The notes below the pieces were generated by a model. The model did no database searches, was not told the origin of the DNA, and saw nothing but the letters and a program-made list of their open reading frames with translations. The translations under genes were made by a program, and so were the position numbers. A stretch of 64,000 bases of DNA. Origin: Paramecium tetraurelia (Eukaryota). The first letter of the stretch is position 1. Every line of letters starts with the position of its first letter. The stretch covers positions 1 to 64,000 of the forward strand of contig CT868055.1 in NCBI GenBank assembly GCA_000165425.1. Direction: 5' to 3'. This document shows, piece after piece, positions 51,975-64,000 of this stretch.

Positions 51975-54900
51975 ATGGGAATAACCTGCAGCAAATCGAA
52001 AAAGGGACAAGAAGCCTTAATCTAAAACTAAATTAAAATGGCAGTTCAAGAAGATGAGATTCTCAATTAAGTTGAATATAATTAGGCACTCAGCGAAGAT
52101 CAAGAAGATTCCAACCAGGAATAAATCTAAAAACCTGACCTCCCTTTAATGAATAGTAGCTCAAAAAAGGCTGCTAGTCGATCTGATGAGGAGGAGGGCG
52201 AGAAATAAAAAAAAAAGACAGGTAAGAAAAAACCGGCCCAAAGAAGAGATGATAATTATTTGAAAATCATCGAGTACTCAGATCTAAAAATACAAGCCTA
52301 TATTCTTTCATCAAAGGAGGAAGACATAACAACATCTTACGAGTTGACAATAACATTTTCATACTAAGATTATCAGTATAGTGTTAACTGTAAAGCTGTA
52401 ATTCTTTGTGAACCCAAATAACCCTTTACTTTAAGTCCAATTAAATTCGAAGATGCTATAAGTAACAGTTAATTTCCCCCCTTCTTCCTTGTCGACACTT
52501 ATTTCAATGTGGACTTATAGTTAAACTCGAACTTATAGTCTTTCAATTAATTGCTAGAGGTAAAACGGAATACATAAGCTGAGAAGAAAGATGAAGACAG
52601 TCCCCATCAATTTACTAAGAGACAGAGCAAGATAGCAAATACTTAGGTATTGAATGGGGCACCGACTAAGCCAAAGAGGAGGAAGAAACGAGAAGCAGCT
52701 GAAATGATGGAATTGATCCATGTATTTGATTTCGAGTGCTCTCCTCGTTTGAATCAAATCTTGGTGTCTCTTATGATTCAACAATACAGCCATAAAATCA
52801 CCAAATACTTAATCACCATTAATGACGTTTACTTTATCTTTAATGAGAAACCCTCTCTTGACAAGTAGGAAGTTCATAGAATCCTCATTTTTTATGAACA
52901 TTTCGATTATAGTCTGTCAGAACTGAGTGAATATCTACATACTCAGAAACTGCAATTGTCTCACATCTGTCATCTCTAGCTCTCATTAAATTTACTGTAA
53001 ATCTTGTATTACACCTATACGTCTTATCTCTACAGATTGAATATTACGTTGAATACAGTGTTCTGGGTCAGCAAGGTCAAGAAATTCAAGTTGTAAACCT
53101 TTGGGAGAATATAGAATTTATTGGATTTGGATGGTAAGGATTTTTATTAGAAATTTAAAACGGCTAATGAGGGCAAAATCAATGTATTTTATAGAGATTT
53201 TGATAGAGACTTTGGAGCTGTCTTAGACATCATAGCCTACTTTAAGGATTTAAGTAAGGAGATATCCTAAATCAAGAAGATGAGAAGGAAGAGAAAGAAC
53301 TTGCCTGAAGGAGAGACCTATTATAGCAAGTACATCATTATGTATGACGAACTCTTCGCAGATAATGTCGATTCCTTATTTTTGGGGTTGGTAAGATTGA
53401 AATTCTTTGATAACAATTCATTTGATTAGATACTTGAGGAGATAAAATCAATCATAGTGACTATAGACAAATTGATAAAGCAAGAGACTGCAAAAATTGA
53501 ATCAGATAAATTGGAAAAAGAATAAGAAATATAAGAATAATAGCAGTAGGCATCATAACATGTGATTGAAGTGAAATTAGAGGATGACGAGGATGAGGAA
53601 GAACTACATAAATTGCAGTCATTTAATTTCGCCTTGGAGAGAAAAAAGAAAAAGGACTTGACTCAAGAACAGTACTTGTATTACTAGATGATTTACTCAT
53701 CTCTCTTCTATAACTAAAATTTTAATATGGTGTGTGATTAATTTTTGGAGATTACTAAGAATCAAACATTGATAGCTTATGCTCAACTTCATTACTCTAT
53801 TTGGAGAAAGCTAAGTTCAGTGGTTAAGGAGGGATACAGTTTGGAATAGTAGACAACATTACTTTCGATCTCTAAGAATGTGACATAACTGACTTTGTCG
53901 TAGGATTCATTTCATTACTATCTTTTGTTAGAGTTGATCACTAAGATTAGAGATAAACCATTCAATATCATAAATCATTTGAAAGCCTTGGTGTAGGAGT
54001 AAAACTTTAAGCGAAAACGGCAAGTGAAGCCAAAACTGAGTAGAAATCAAAAGTTCAATGGGATAATTGAAATGCGTAAAGCAATCTTCTTAGATTTGTT
54101 CTTTATTGATCATTACGTCAGTGATCATCAATATCACAAGGCAATTTATTTGATGCAATTTGATTTGTCGTCTTAATTGAAATTCAACCTGAAAAACTAT
54201 ATGCTCTATACTCAGTCGCTCTTTTTGAATGGATTGTTGTGCGAAAAGACTCTCTAGTCAGTATCAGCAATGCTGAATTTGGAAATCTCAAAATTGTTGT
54301 ACGATTAGTTCTTTCCCAATACAAAGATCGTTTACATTGAGGATGAGACTCAACGGTAAGTGACAAAGGAGTAGATGGACAGTGCAAAATAATACACTTC
54401 AAAAATTATTCATTATGATAATCAAGCATGTGAGAATATGAATGTGCTTGATTTTCATTTGGGAAAGGTGTATTTCTCAATTCATGATAAGGAGAACGCG
54501 TTGAAATGTTTAAGGAAGGTAAAAAAAGCCAGACAAAAGAAATTTGATATTTTATCTGATGAAGTCATCGAAGTGATCATTGAAATATTGCGAATATTGG
54601 TGGAACAGGATGATAGTGGGGCAGCGGCAGAAATCTGTTATGAGTATCAATAGAAATTCAAGGAACAATACAAAAAAAATGCCTTTTTTAAATCAAGGTA
54701 CATTGCTCGTTTATAATTGATCATGGGAGCAATATTCGAATAAAATGGGATGTTGTTGAGTTCGTTGAGGTACTTCTAAAAGGCCAATAAAACATTCAAT
54801 TAATCGAGGTCCAATTCTTACATCTTGCAGATTCATATTAGAATGAGGATAATGAAGTTGATATCGGCCATTAAGAACAAGGCACTCTCACTAAACTCAA

Positions 54901-56149
54901 TCAATAAAGGACAGACGAAGCAATTCAATTACTAGACAGGATACATGTCAGAAACTGTGAAGCCTTACTTTAACAATTAGTTTCTGAGACAAGCAATAGA
55001 GGAGAAGTAGGCTTAAGTCAATTAAGTCATTTTTAACAATTTGCTTAAGATATATTCATTATTTCGCCACCAAGAGTACGATAAGGTGTAAGACAAATTA
55101 AATAGGTTGCACAATGTGCTCAAAAAGAGGAAGGTCGATGAATGTTATGGATATACTCTGCAGAAAATAGGAATCTATAATGCAACTCATAGTAGTTATG
55201 TTTAAGCAATCAATTATTTGAAACTGGCTACTGAAATCCACGAAAGATTCCTGATATTCCCTTTGAAGGAAATAAGACAGTTACGATGTCAAATTCTGAT
55301 CCTTCATTGTTGGATCCAGTTGGAGAAGAAGAAGGAGTACCAAGATCAATTGAATTACATAGATTCATTAGTCACATCAATCAATGAGATGCTTTCTTGG
55401 AGTAATATCCCATATAAACCTATAACGAACAAGTTCACAGTTTTGTCATTGAAACTTGGCAAACAAATTATATATCAATTAGATGAGATGAGTCAAATAA
55501 TCGAGAAATTCCAAAAGACCAGATATAAACTAATTGAACATCTGTCAAATCCATCTAAGTTGAAGTCAGTGGCAGCCAAGTACTTAAAGCACCTTATCAA
55601 AGCCACTGAGAAGGAGCAAATTAAAAAAAAAAGTCATAGTGATTCCAGGTAATCCTGTCTATTTGGTCTGTTGAGTCGACAGAATGTGAGACCCAAAAAA
55701 GTGGCAGCGATTGTTGCACAAAACAAATCTAACACTTAAACTGAATTCGAGTATTAGGAAACTCAAAAGTAAGGAATTTATATTAATATCCCCTTAGATC
55801 AACCAATACAAGGAGAAGCAATCTAAAACACAGAGAAAATACGAGTTTTTAGTTTACATCCGAGAAATCTCACTAAATCATTCAGTAATTGGAAGGTGCA
55901 TAAACACAGAAATCCTAATTCTTGGAGGATAATTTGGAAACGGAAAGAAATGGCAATTTGCACATTTCGTATAATATCAAGGAGAACACCAATACAAAGT
56001 GCAGTACTGGTATGCCGTCGATGGCTTAATTGAATATGACACCAATCAGTGAAATGTCCAAATTATCACAGAAATCGCCAAAGTAAAAGGGAAACAAAGA
56101 TTAAAAGAAACTTAAAATTAACCCATTTTAAAAGATTACTCGAAAATGA
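51975..56149 (+). CDS. Large N-acylated protein with degenerate kinase-like domain and TPR-like repeats, paralog 1
   Basis: MGITC start, IFYEHFDYSL..YRLNITLNTVF..FKLQTFG, helical repeats, ends KINPFQKITRK*. Confidence 0.75.
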
Positions 56150-56333
56150 ACTAATATTTTATAATATATATTTCCTATATAATGTCATGAATCGATTGTC
56201 CAAAGTCAAAATTAAATGATCAGAGAGGATTTTCAGTTAGAAAAGATATTGATTTCGAAGATTTTTAAAAAGTCTTTATAAAATGTCATATTATTTAATA
56301 TTTCAATATATAAATAAATTTAAAAACCGTAAA

Positions 56334-59300
56334 ATGGGAGCCTGCTTTGCGAAAAAAGCTGACAGAGAAGCTGGGATAAAGTAACAGATCGAAAAAACTA
56401 TTATCGAATAACAGAAACTTAAAGAAGAGGAGGAGGAAATCCAGTTCAATTAAGGAAATAAGGACTACTCAACTAAGCGATCAATGCATGCAGTTTAAAC
56501 CACTATGTACACGAATCAGGAGAAACAAGATGAGGGAATGACTGAGATAATTTAAGAAGAAGAAAAACAAACAGAAAAACCTGCTAAGAAGGCCAAGTCT
56601 AAACCTACCAAAGACGATATCAATTATTACAAGAAATATGAGCATGTCTTGCATTTGAAGGCAATCATTGTAGAGCTGGTTAAGAATCAGGTCAGTCATT
56701 ACTATTCCTTGATGATGAGAGTAGATTATAAGGATTATATTGGAGAAGTGAAAATGAATGGGATCTTAATTACCTAGAGCGACTTTCATCATTTCAACAT
56801 ACTCCCCCAAAAATTCAGTGATGCAAATCAATACTCAAGGTTCTCTACTTTCTTCTCCAATGACAATTATTTTAATGCAGATAAGGATAGCGTTAACAAT
56901 TTTAATGCATTTGAAAAACTCTTACCAGTGGAAAGATTAGTAAGAATGAGGTAGGCAGAAAAGAGATTTCGCAGGAAGTAGACTATTTTTGCAGAAAAAG
57001 AATCTCCATCCCCAGTTAAGAATAAATTGGAATTCATTGATTCTAAACAGTAAGAAATGCTGGAAGTCATCACAATTGTGGACATTGAAGAATAAGAGAG
57101 ATTCTAATGTCTCTTATTCCATATTCTAGTACAATAACAATTTCCAGAGCTCAACCATTACCTAGTTTTCATACAGAATACTACCTTTCTCTTTGATAGA
57201 CCCCCGTAGTTTGATGCTCCAAATATCTATCGAATTGCATTATTCTATGATAGATTGGATTTTTCATTGAAGGATTTGCAAGCAGTCCTAACTAAGGAAA
57301 ATAAAGAACTATCACCTCATTTGCATAGAAAACTAGCACTCAATTTACTTCAGATAATACATAATTGCTATTCAAGATATATTTTTCGACTTAATTTTAC
57401 ACTTTCCACTATCTTTTATTGTGCAAAGAGTAGAGTGTTTAAATTGGAATCCTTTGGTAGGTTGAAGAGTATGATTCCCTTCCATAACAATCAAGATATG
57501 TTATTGAAGAGTGTCGAAGAGAAAAAGATTACAGCTTTTAGAAAAGCGTTAAAAAGAGATTTATTCGCCGTTTGTGATTTGATTATTTACTTTAAAAGAA
57601 TTGAGTAGACCCCTTTAAGATCAATACAAGCATTGAGAAAAAAGTTCTTAAAGGTTATAGATGGAGGGAATGATACTTAGGAATAGAATGATAGTTACAT
57701 ACACATGGCAGAGGAGCGGTTTAGTCATAATTCGGATCAGTATTTATTTGAATTTGTGAAAATGGTTCTCTTTACAACAAAAATTGATTCAACAGAAAAA
57801 ATAATGCAAAATCTTCTATCCATAATTGAATCTTTGTCAAAGCAAATATCTAGTTATGAATTCAAATTAGAATTTCAAGAGGATGATAAACACAAACAAG
57901 CTGAGAGTCCCAAAAAGAATGAACAAGTTGATGTTATCAATTTGGAGGAGATCAATTTAAGTCAATCTGATTTATCTAATGAAGAAAACACTAATGAAAA
58001 TTATTTGTAATCTTTTGATATCGATTTCTAAAAATAATACCAGAGTCTTGCAAAAAATAAGGAGCAATTAAGCGAAGCAGAATCAATCTATAAAGATATT
58101 CTGTATCAATCACTCTTTTATCATAATGAAATTTACTTGGATGAATTAAATAAAAAATTAAATGTTTAGAGTCTAAACAAATTGCAACAAACTTAGATTA
58201 TTGTTTTAAATGCCTTTAGTAAAATCAAGATGATGAAAGACGATTCATGGGAAGTCAAGTCTCAACAATTATCACAATTCGTGGAAGAAGCCATCCTTAT
58301 CATGAATAGTATCAATGAAGATAGTTATGATAACTTTCACATTTCAATGTTGTTTCAAATATTATCCATTTCGTAAAGGAAACCTTTAGTTATCTTAAAT
58401 TAGTTGTAGAGATGCATGACAAAGTAACTAGAATTGAAATTGAAGTTAAACAACAAATTTAGAGGGAAAAATGCCCCAAAAGGGTTGATTGAACAAAAGA
58501 AGTATGTCATGGTGTAAACTATGTATGCTCAATCCTATTTGAATTCCAATCATTACTTTGAAGCCATTACAAAAATCTAGAAAATAGTCGGTTTTTAGTT
58601 GAAGAACTTTACCACTACTTCTCTATTATATGGATATTCATTGATGATCAGTGGAGAAATTGCTAGATTGAGCTCTCAACCTTTATCAGCAATGCTTAAC
58701 TTAGAGATGAGTTTAGCCATTTATAATTAGTATTTCCCAGAATCCATCATATAAGCAACTTCAATAGAGGAGAATAATTAATAAGGAAAATTAAAAAAAG
58801 AGACTGATATTTTATAGGATGTTACAGTATAATTGTAAGAAAGAAAGTTTGAAAATCTATCTACTAGTAATTTGGCCAAAGTGGAATTTCTACTTGGGAT
58901 GAGTTACTTTGACTCTCAAGATTAAGAAAATGCTTTGAAAAGATTGAGAAGAGCATAGAAATTAATGATGCGATCTTATGGCATTTTTGCGGATGAAGTT
59001 ATTTCGTTGGTTTTATATCAACTCAACATTTATGTGTTGCAGGATGATGTTGGTTCTGTCATGAAAATTGCAATCAAATATTCATCAGAAATGAGTAAAC
59101 AATACAAATTGGGTAAATAATTCAAAAGGAAATGCATTGCTAAATTGTAGTTTATTATTGGGTGTATATTTCAATTTTGTGGATCCTATTTGAGTGCCTT
59201 GAGATTTATAGAGAGGTCAAATAGAACTTTGTCTAATGCTAAGCTCAACAATTTTGTAATTTAATCGCATTACCAAGCTAAAAAGATGATTATTATCGAA

Positions 59301-60488
59301 TAGGTTAAAAAGGCCTTTCGTAAAATTAAATGTAAGCAATCATTAAGAGGTTAAATGGATTTGAATTCATTTTAGAGTCTACATGAAGTATTAGGTTCAG
59401 CATTTTAAAATTAGTTCTTCTGCTAACCTATCAAATATCATGCCTCTGTTCTCTTCAAAAAGTACAGTAAATACATCTTGTAAGTCCAAGGGTTGATTAG
59501 GATTGGTGAGAACGATAAAGCCATCCATCAAATCGAAGAGTTATTAAAGCTAGCATCAAAAGTCAAAAAGGATGAACTTTATGCCTATTTGAAGGATAAA
59601 TTAGTCTTAATTACGATAGAGTCTACTTAAGCAAAAGATTAAATCTAGAACGTTTAGAGACTGATTGAAATTCATGATAGGTATTTGTAATTCCCATATA
59701 AACAAATATACAAATTGAGATCTCTTATTATTTTGATAAGCCTATTTGCAATGACAAGGGATCTTAAAAAATTTAATGAAACCTAATCTTAAATAGATGA
59801 CTTCATTTAAGAAATTTATTAAATATTTAATTGGTAAGTAGCTGCTCCTACTGATCATACTGTAAATTAAGCCAAATTTGAAAGGTTGAAGAATAGAAAC
59901 AAAGTAAATCTACTGTTTCAAATTCAATAAATCATGGATTTAATTTAATATTTTTATACAATCAGAAAGAAGTTATTTAATTCATTTGACAATTAATAAC
60001 AATTAAAAGAAGTTGGATCATAAGTTTTAAAGCGATTAACTGGATAACCAAAGCCTATTTTCTTGAAATATTTTGACAGGAAATAAGAATGCTTATATGG
60101 TGTATAATCCTAAATCAAAATTAAAAATACAGAAAAGGAGAATGATTTCATCAAATTGCATGAGAATGAAAATAAGATTGAAGTTCCTAAATAACCTGAA
60201 TAAGCGGAGGAATAAAGTAATCACAAATTAGTATTTGATTTAAGAAGTTATGAGGAGATCGCCTTATCTCGAAATACTTAGAGAAAAAAATCTCATCATC
60301 ATGAAAAGCAATAGTCCTAAGATCTATAAATTGAAAAAAAGGAAATATCAGAAATTAAAGAAATAAAGAAATCAAAGCATAAAAGAAATGTAACTGAAGT
60401 TACAGCAGCAACCTTAAATACGAATAAAAAGAAACAGACTCATAAATTAAACCCCTTTGAAACCACAATTAAATCCTCTAAGAAATGA
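56334..60488 (+). CDS. Tandem paralog 2 of the preceding gene
   Basis: MGAC start, LFYDRLDFSL..FRLNFTLSTIF..FKLESFG. Shares SAMLNLE, ENALK.LR and KLNPF with paralog 1. Confidence 0.78.
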
Positions 60489-61302
60489 CATTATTTTATA
60501 TGTGAATTTTCTTACCTTTGATATTTATTGAATATGATTAAAGAGAATCTTTAGATTTATTCACATTTCCTTTTTTATTTAAATATTCAAAATATTATTC
60601 TTTTAAAACATCTCCTTTCTTCTTGTATCTTTGAATTAAAATACCTTTTTTATATATATTACAACTTCCTTTAAGTTTTCAAATCCTATAAGTTTACAAC
60701 TGTCATTCAGTATAAAATTATCAGAAATTGATTTTTAATAATATTTTTTTTAACATAAAACTCAATAAATGATTTTGATTATTTTATTGAGAAGTATATA
60801 AAATCAATATATTTTCTTATCTAATTTAATTTTGGCTAAATGATGATCTCTAATATTTCAAAGAGTACAATCACTCTAAATCAGTTCAAAAAGTGTTACT
60901 GCAGAAATTTACTATTACCATTATTTTTCTCTTGAAATATTTTTGTAAAAGCCTTCCAAGATGATTTTTTATTCTTTCCATTATTAATTACTATATAATT
61001 GAACTTTTATGATTTTCCAATTAATGAAAGCCAAAGGAAAAATGTGTCCAAAATGATCTCTTTACAGGTATTTACAAGTATTCTTAATTAAAGTCAATTA
61101 CTCCTATTAATTCTTTATTATTATCAAATTATTCTTAATTCATTAAGTGATTTGTTATCTAAAATTTAAATGGAATGTAATTTCCATATTTAAAATTTAC
61201 TCAGATAAGCAGTTTACAAAAGGAAACACATGGGATACAAATCAGACTTGAATTGATAATGAAAATCGAGAGACTACAACATATTCAATAAAGTTAATAA
61301 AT

Positions 61303-61684
61303 TCATTAAGGTATTGATGTTATCATATATTAAGAATCATTTCGAATTTCATACTAAAACAATATTTTAGAAGTGACATGGCTTCCTCCCACACTTGATA
61401 TTATTGTTATCGAGCTTTTATACTTAATTATGGGAACTATTTGGCATTCATTTTATTAAGTAATGTTGACTTTCTATTTGATGATATTTTTTCGGTGATA
61501 AATAATGATTGATTTGGCTGCTGGGTACTTGATATTGAGTCTTTTTGCTGCCTTGAAGATTTTTGAATGAATATATTACATGTTTTATTTTAAAACCCTT
61601 AATAAATACTAATTGTATGAGAGAGTTTCTCAAATAGGAAGGCACTTTTTCATAGGGTCTGCAAGCAATAAATTATTATTTCAT
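61303..61684 (-). CDS. Small HTH protein, family member 4
   Basis: RPYEKVPSYLRNSLIQLVFIKGFKIKH|AAKRLNIKYPAAKSII..EC..IISSVGG. Confidence 0.82.
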
Positions 61685-63085
61685 TAAATATTAAATCACT
61701 CTTTAGATATTTCAATATTTTAAAATGTCAGGTTATACCTAAAATAGAAGAATTGAATCTTCCAAAGAACATTGATTCTGGACAATTAAACCAATGTTGC
61801 TTATGATTTTGACATTCTATTTTTGATATCAATTAAAATTTACCAAATTGAAGGCTATATATAAAATTGTCATGATCTAAACATACAAACTATAATTTAT
61901 TTAGGATATAAGTTTTTAATTATTTTCAGTAATTTTTATATGTAAAAATTAATTTTATAAATAAACTCTGTAAAAATATGTAAACTCTTATATTCTGATT
62001 TTTGAATAATGAATACCTAAAATAAACAAAAACTTAAACTATGATGTTAACTTTATCGAAATTAGTTGATCTCTTTTAGAATTATTCATAGATGGATTAC
62101 TTAGACGAATTGATGTATGAATATCTAATGAAATGAAAAATTTATGAAATTCTTCTTTTTTTTATCTATAATGTTCTTATCTCCATTTTATATTAGATTG
62201 AATTGAGAACTTTAAATATTTGAGATTGAAATAATTACAAAGTTTTTAAATTAATCATTAATAATCTGAACTTAAAATCGATTAATAAGATTTCAGCTAG
62301 ATTATATGAATAATAATCATTAGATTAGCTTTATTTTAATAATTTATTTCTATTAAATTTATGCGAAGTTTGCATTAATTATGGATTTATTAATAATTAA
62401 TTTTTATTAAAAATAATGTTTTGGAATTGTAATAGATAATACAAATTGTTTTACATATAATTAATCAAGTTTGATGAAATTTGGATTTGAGATAAACAAA
62501 AATGAATGAGAAATTTCTTTTCAATAGTAAGTTTTTTTATTTTATAAACTTTTAATTGTAACATTTAATAATGATTAATTAATATTCATATATAAATGAA
62601 TAATTGAAAATGATTAATATTGCTTTCTTTTTCCTAATACTCTGTTAAATATATACTATCTTATGTTTATTAAATTTTATCTTTATATATGGGTTTCTCT
62701 TGTGGTGTGAAACAATTGTTAAATAATAGAAATTATTACTGTTTAGAATGATCAATAAATATTTTTCTCTTGGATGCTGAAAAAATTTGTGTCCTTTTCT
62801 GTACAAATTAATTAGTTTTGCACGATTGCTTTGTGATGTCACTAATAAATAAAAAATTGGTTATAATGCAAATATAAGGAATTTTCTGAATTGATATGAA
62901 TTGAAGTCAATATTCTTAGGTTTGGCTAAGTTAAATGGGGAGGGAAGTGTGCGAGTTATCATTAATAAAATTCAGAAATGGACAACCTATTAAAATTAAA
63001 CTCATATTTTTGAAAAAAGTTATGTAAATTCCAGAGTTGGTTGGTTAATAATTGAAGTTATTCATATAATAACTTAGAAATAAAA

Positions 63086-63435
63086 TCATTCTTAATTCAT
63101 GGTGGGGTATTCAAATTGGAGTTGTCCAACTACATCTCCTCCTAGTTTCGATACAATATTGAATTTGCACTTTTTTGATGAAAGTGGTGCAATCTTACAT
63201 TCTAATTTGGAATTGATTTAAATTTTGGACCTCATAACATTGTTCCTATAGTAAATTATGTAAGTTTTGGCAGCGGCATATTTAAGCTTTAATTTTTTTG
63301 CTGCCTAAACAGAATTATTATATAAAATACGGCCTTTATCTTAAAGCCTAGAAGGCAAACTAATTTCAAGAGTTTTTTTTTCTATTCATCAGATATCTTT
63401 TAATAGGTTCGAGAATTTCTGATATTTTTCTTCAT
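63086..63435 (-). CDS. Small HTH protein, family member 5
   Basis: RTYQKISDEQKKKLLKLVCLLGFKIKA|AAKKLKLKYAAAKTYI..EC..IVSKLGG. An alternative in-frame ATG lies near 63507. Confidence 0.82.
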
Positions 63436-63841
63436 TTATTTTCTCAGGATTTAAATAAAATTTAATTTTTAGCTACTTGATAATTAATTATCATTTATAA
63501 TATCCATTAAAATCTCAGTTTAAAAAAGAGATTTAATTAGTATAGTATTTATTTTCCAAGAATTCAAATAAATTCTCTAATTTTAAATTTCAATATTACT
63601 TTGCAAACTCCTTATTTCTTAACAACTGATATTAAGTCTTTTTTTAGTTTTAAGACTATTTTGGGTTTGTTAAGTTCTCCCTTTTTGAAAATTAAAGGAC
63701 AGAAACCACAAATGATCATAAAAGCAGCGTAGATAATATGATGTCTATTATTGATATTAACAATAGAGTTTAAAATGAGGAAATTAATAAGATGCAACAA
63801 TTGAATGTATTTCTTTATGATAAATGATATTATTTGCTAAT

Positions 63842-64000
63842 TCATAATTTGTTTTTGTAAATAGCTAATCCTTTGGCTCTGAGTTCTTATTCCCATTCAC
63901 GTGCTTCTTTTTCATAAAGATCTTTGAGCATACAATTTCTCCTTTTCTTCAATTCTTAATAAGCATTTTCGACTTCTTTAGAATAGCTACACATATTAAC
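63842..64000 (-). CDS. 3' end of a CFAP141/C1orf189-like small ciliary protein (partial)
   Basis: ELKKRRNCMLKDLYEKEAREWEQELRAKGLAIYKNKL* resembles the C-terminus of that family. Confidence 0.55.

Noticed and set aside
1..64000. Frequent in-frame TAA/TAG suggesting mass pseudogenisation, and short ORFs in the supplied track
   Set aside because: They fall at Gln positions in conserved motifs (e.g. cathepsin RD-TAA-STCGSC), which is the ciliate genetic code.

Overview
AT-rich, gene-dense ciliate DNA, almost certainly Paramecium macronuclear sequence. TAA/TAG must be read as Gln (code 6), TGA is the only stop, and introns are ~21-34 nt GT..AG, so the supplied standard-code ORF track is fragmentary or spurious. 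All gene models here were translated by hand and some ends are approximate. The window holds about 35 protein genes. Recognisable ones include an HP1-like chromo protein, a CNBD-type channel, DENN, RSPH9, Alba, a pseudokinase, MORN, OPA3, HEN1, a DHHC palmitoyltransferase, PX, two Myb proteins, a giant anoctamin, RRP9, AHI1/Jouberin, cathepsin B and a Ulp1-type protease. There are also three non-identical 5S rRNA genes. Main leads: (1) a duplicated cassette of a 5S gene plus a secreted H-type-lectin gene, whose two copies are near-identical except for short hypervariable coding patches, with one copy bracketed by direct-repeat 5S genes; (2) five dispersed members of a ~110-aa HTH family sharing one intron position; (3) a U13/snR45-like snoRNA candidate and a second structured ncRNA candidate; (4) an ankyrin-anoctamin-B-box-EF-hand fusion; (5) a one-base frameshift in RRP9.
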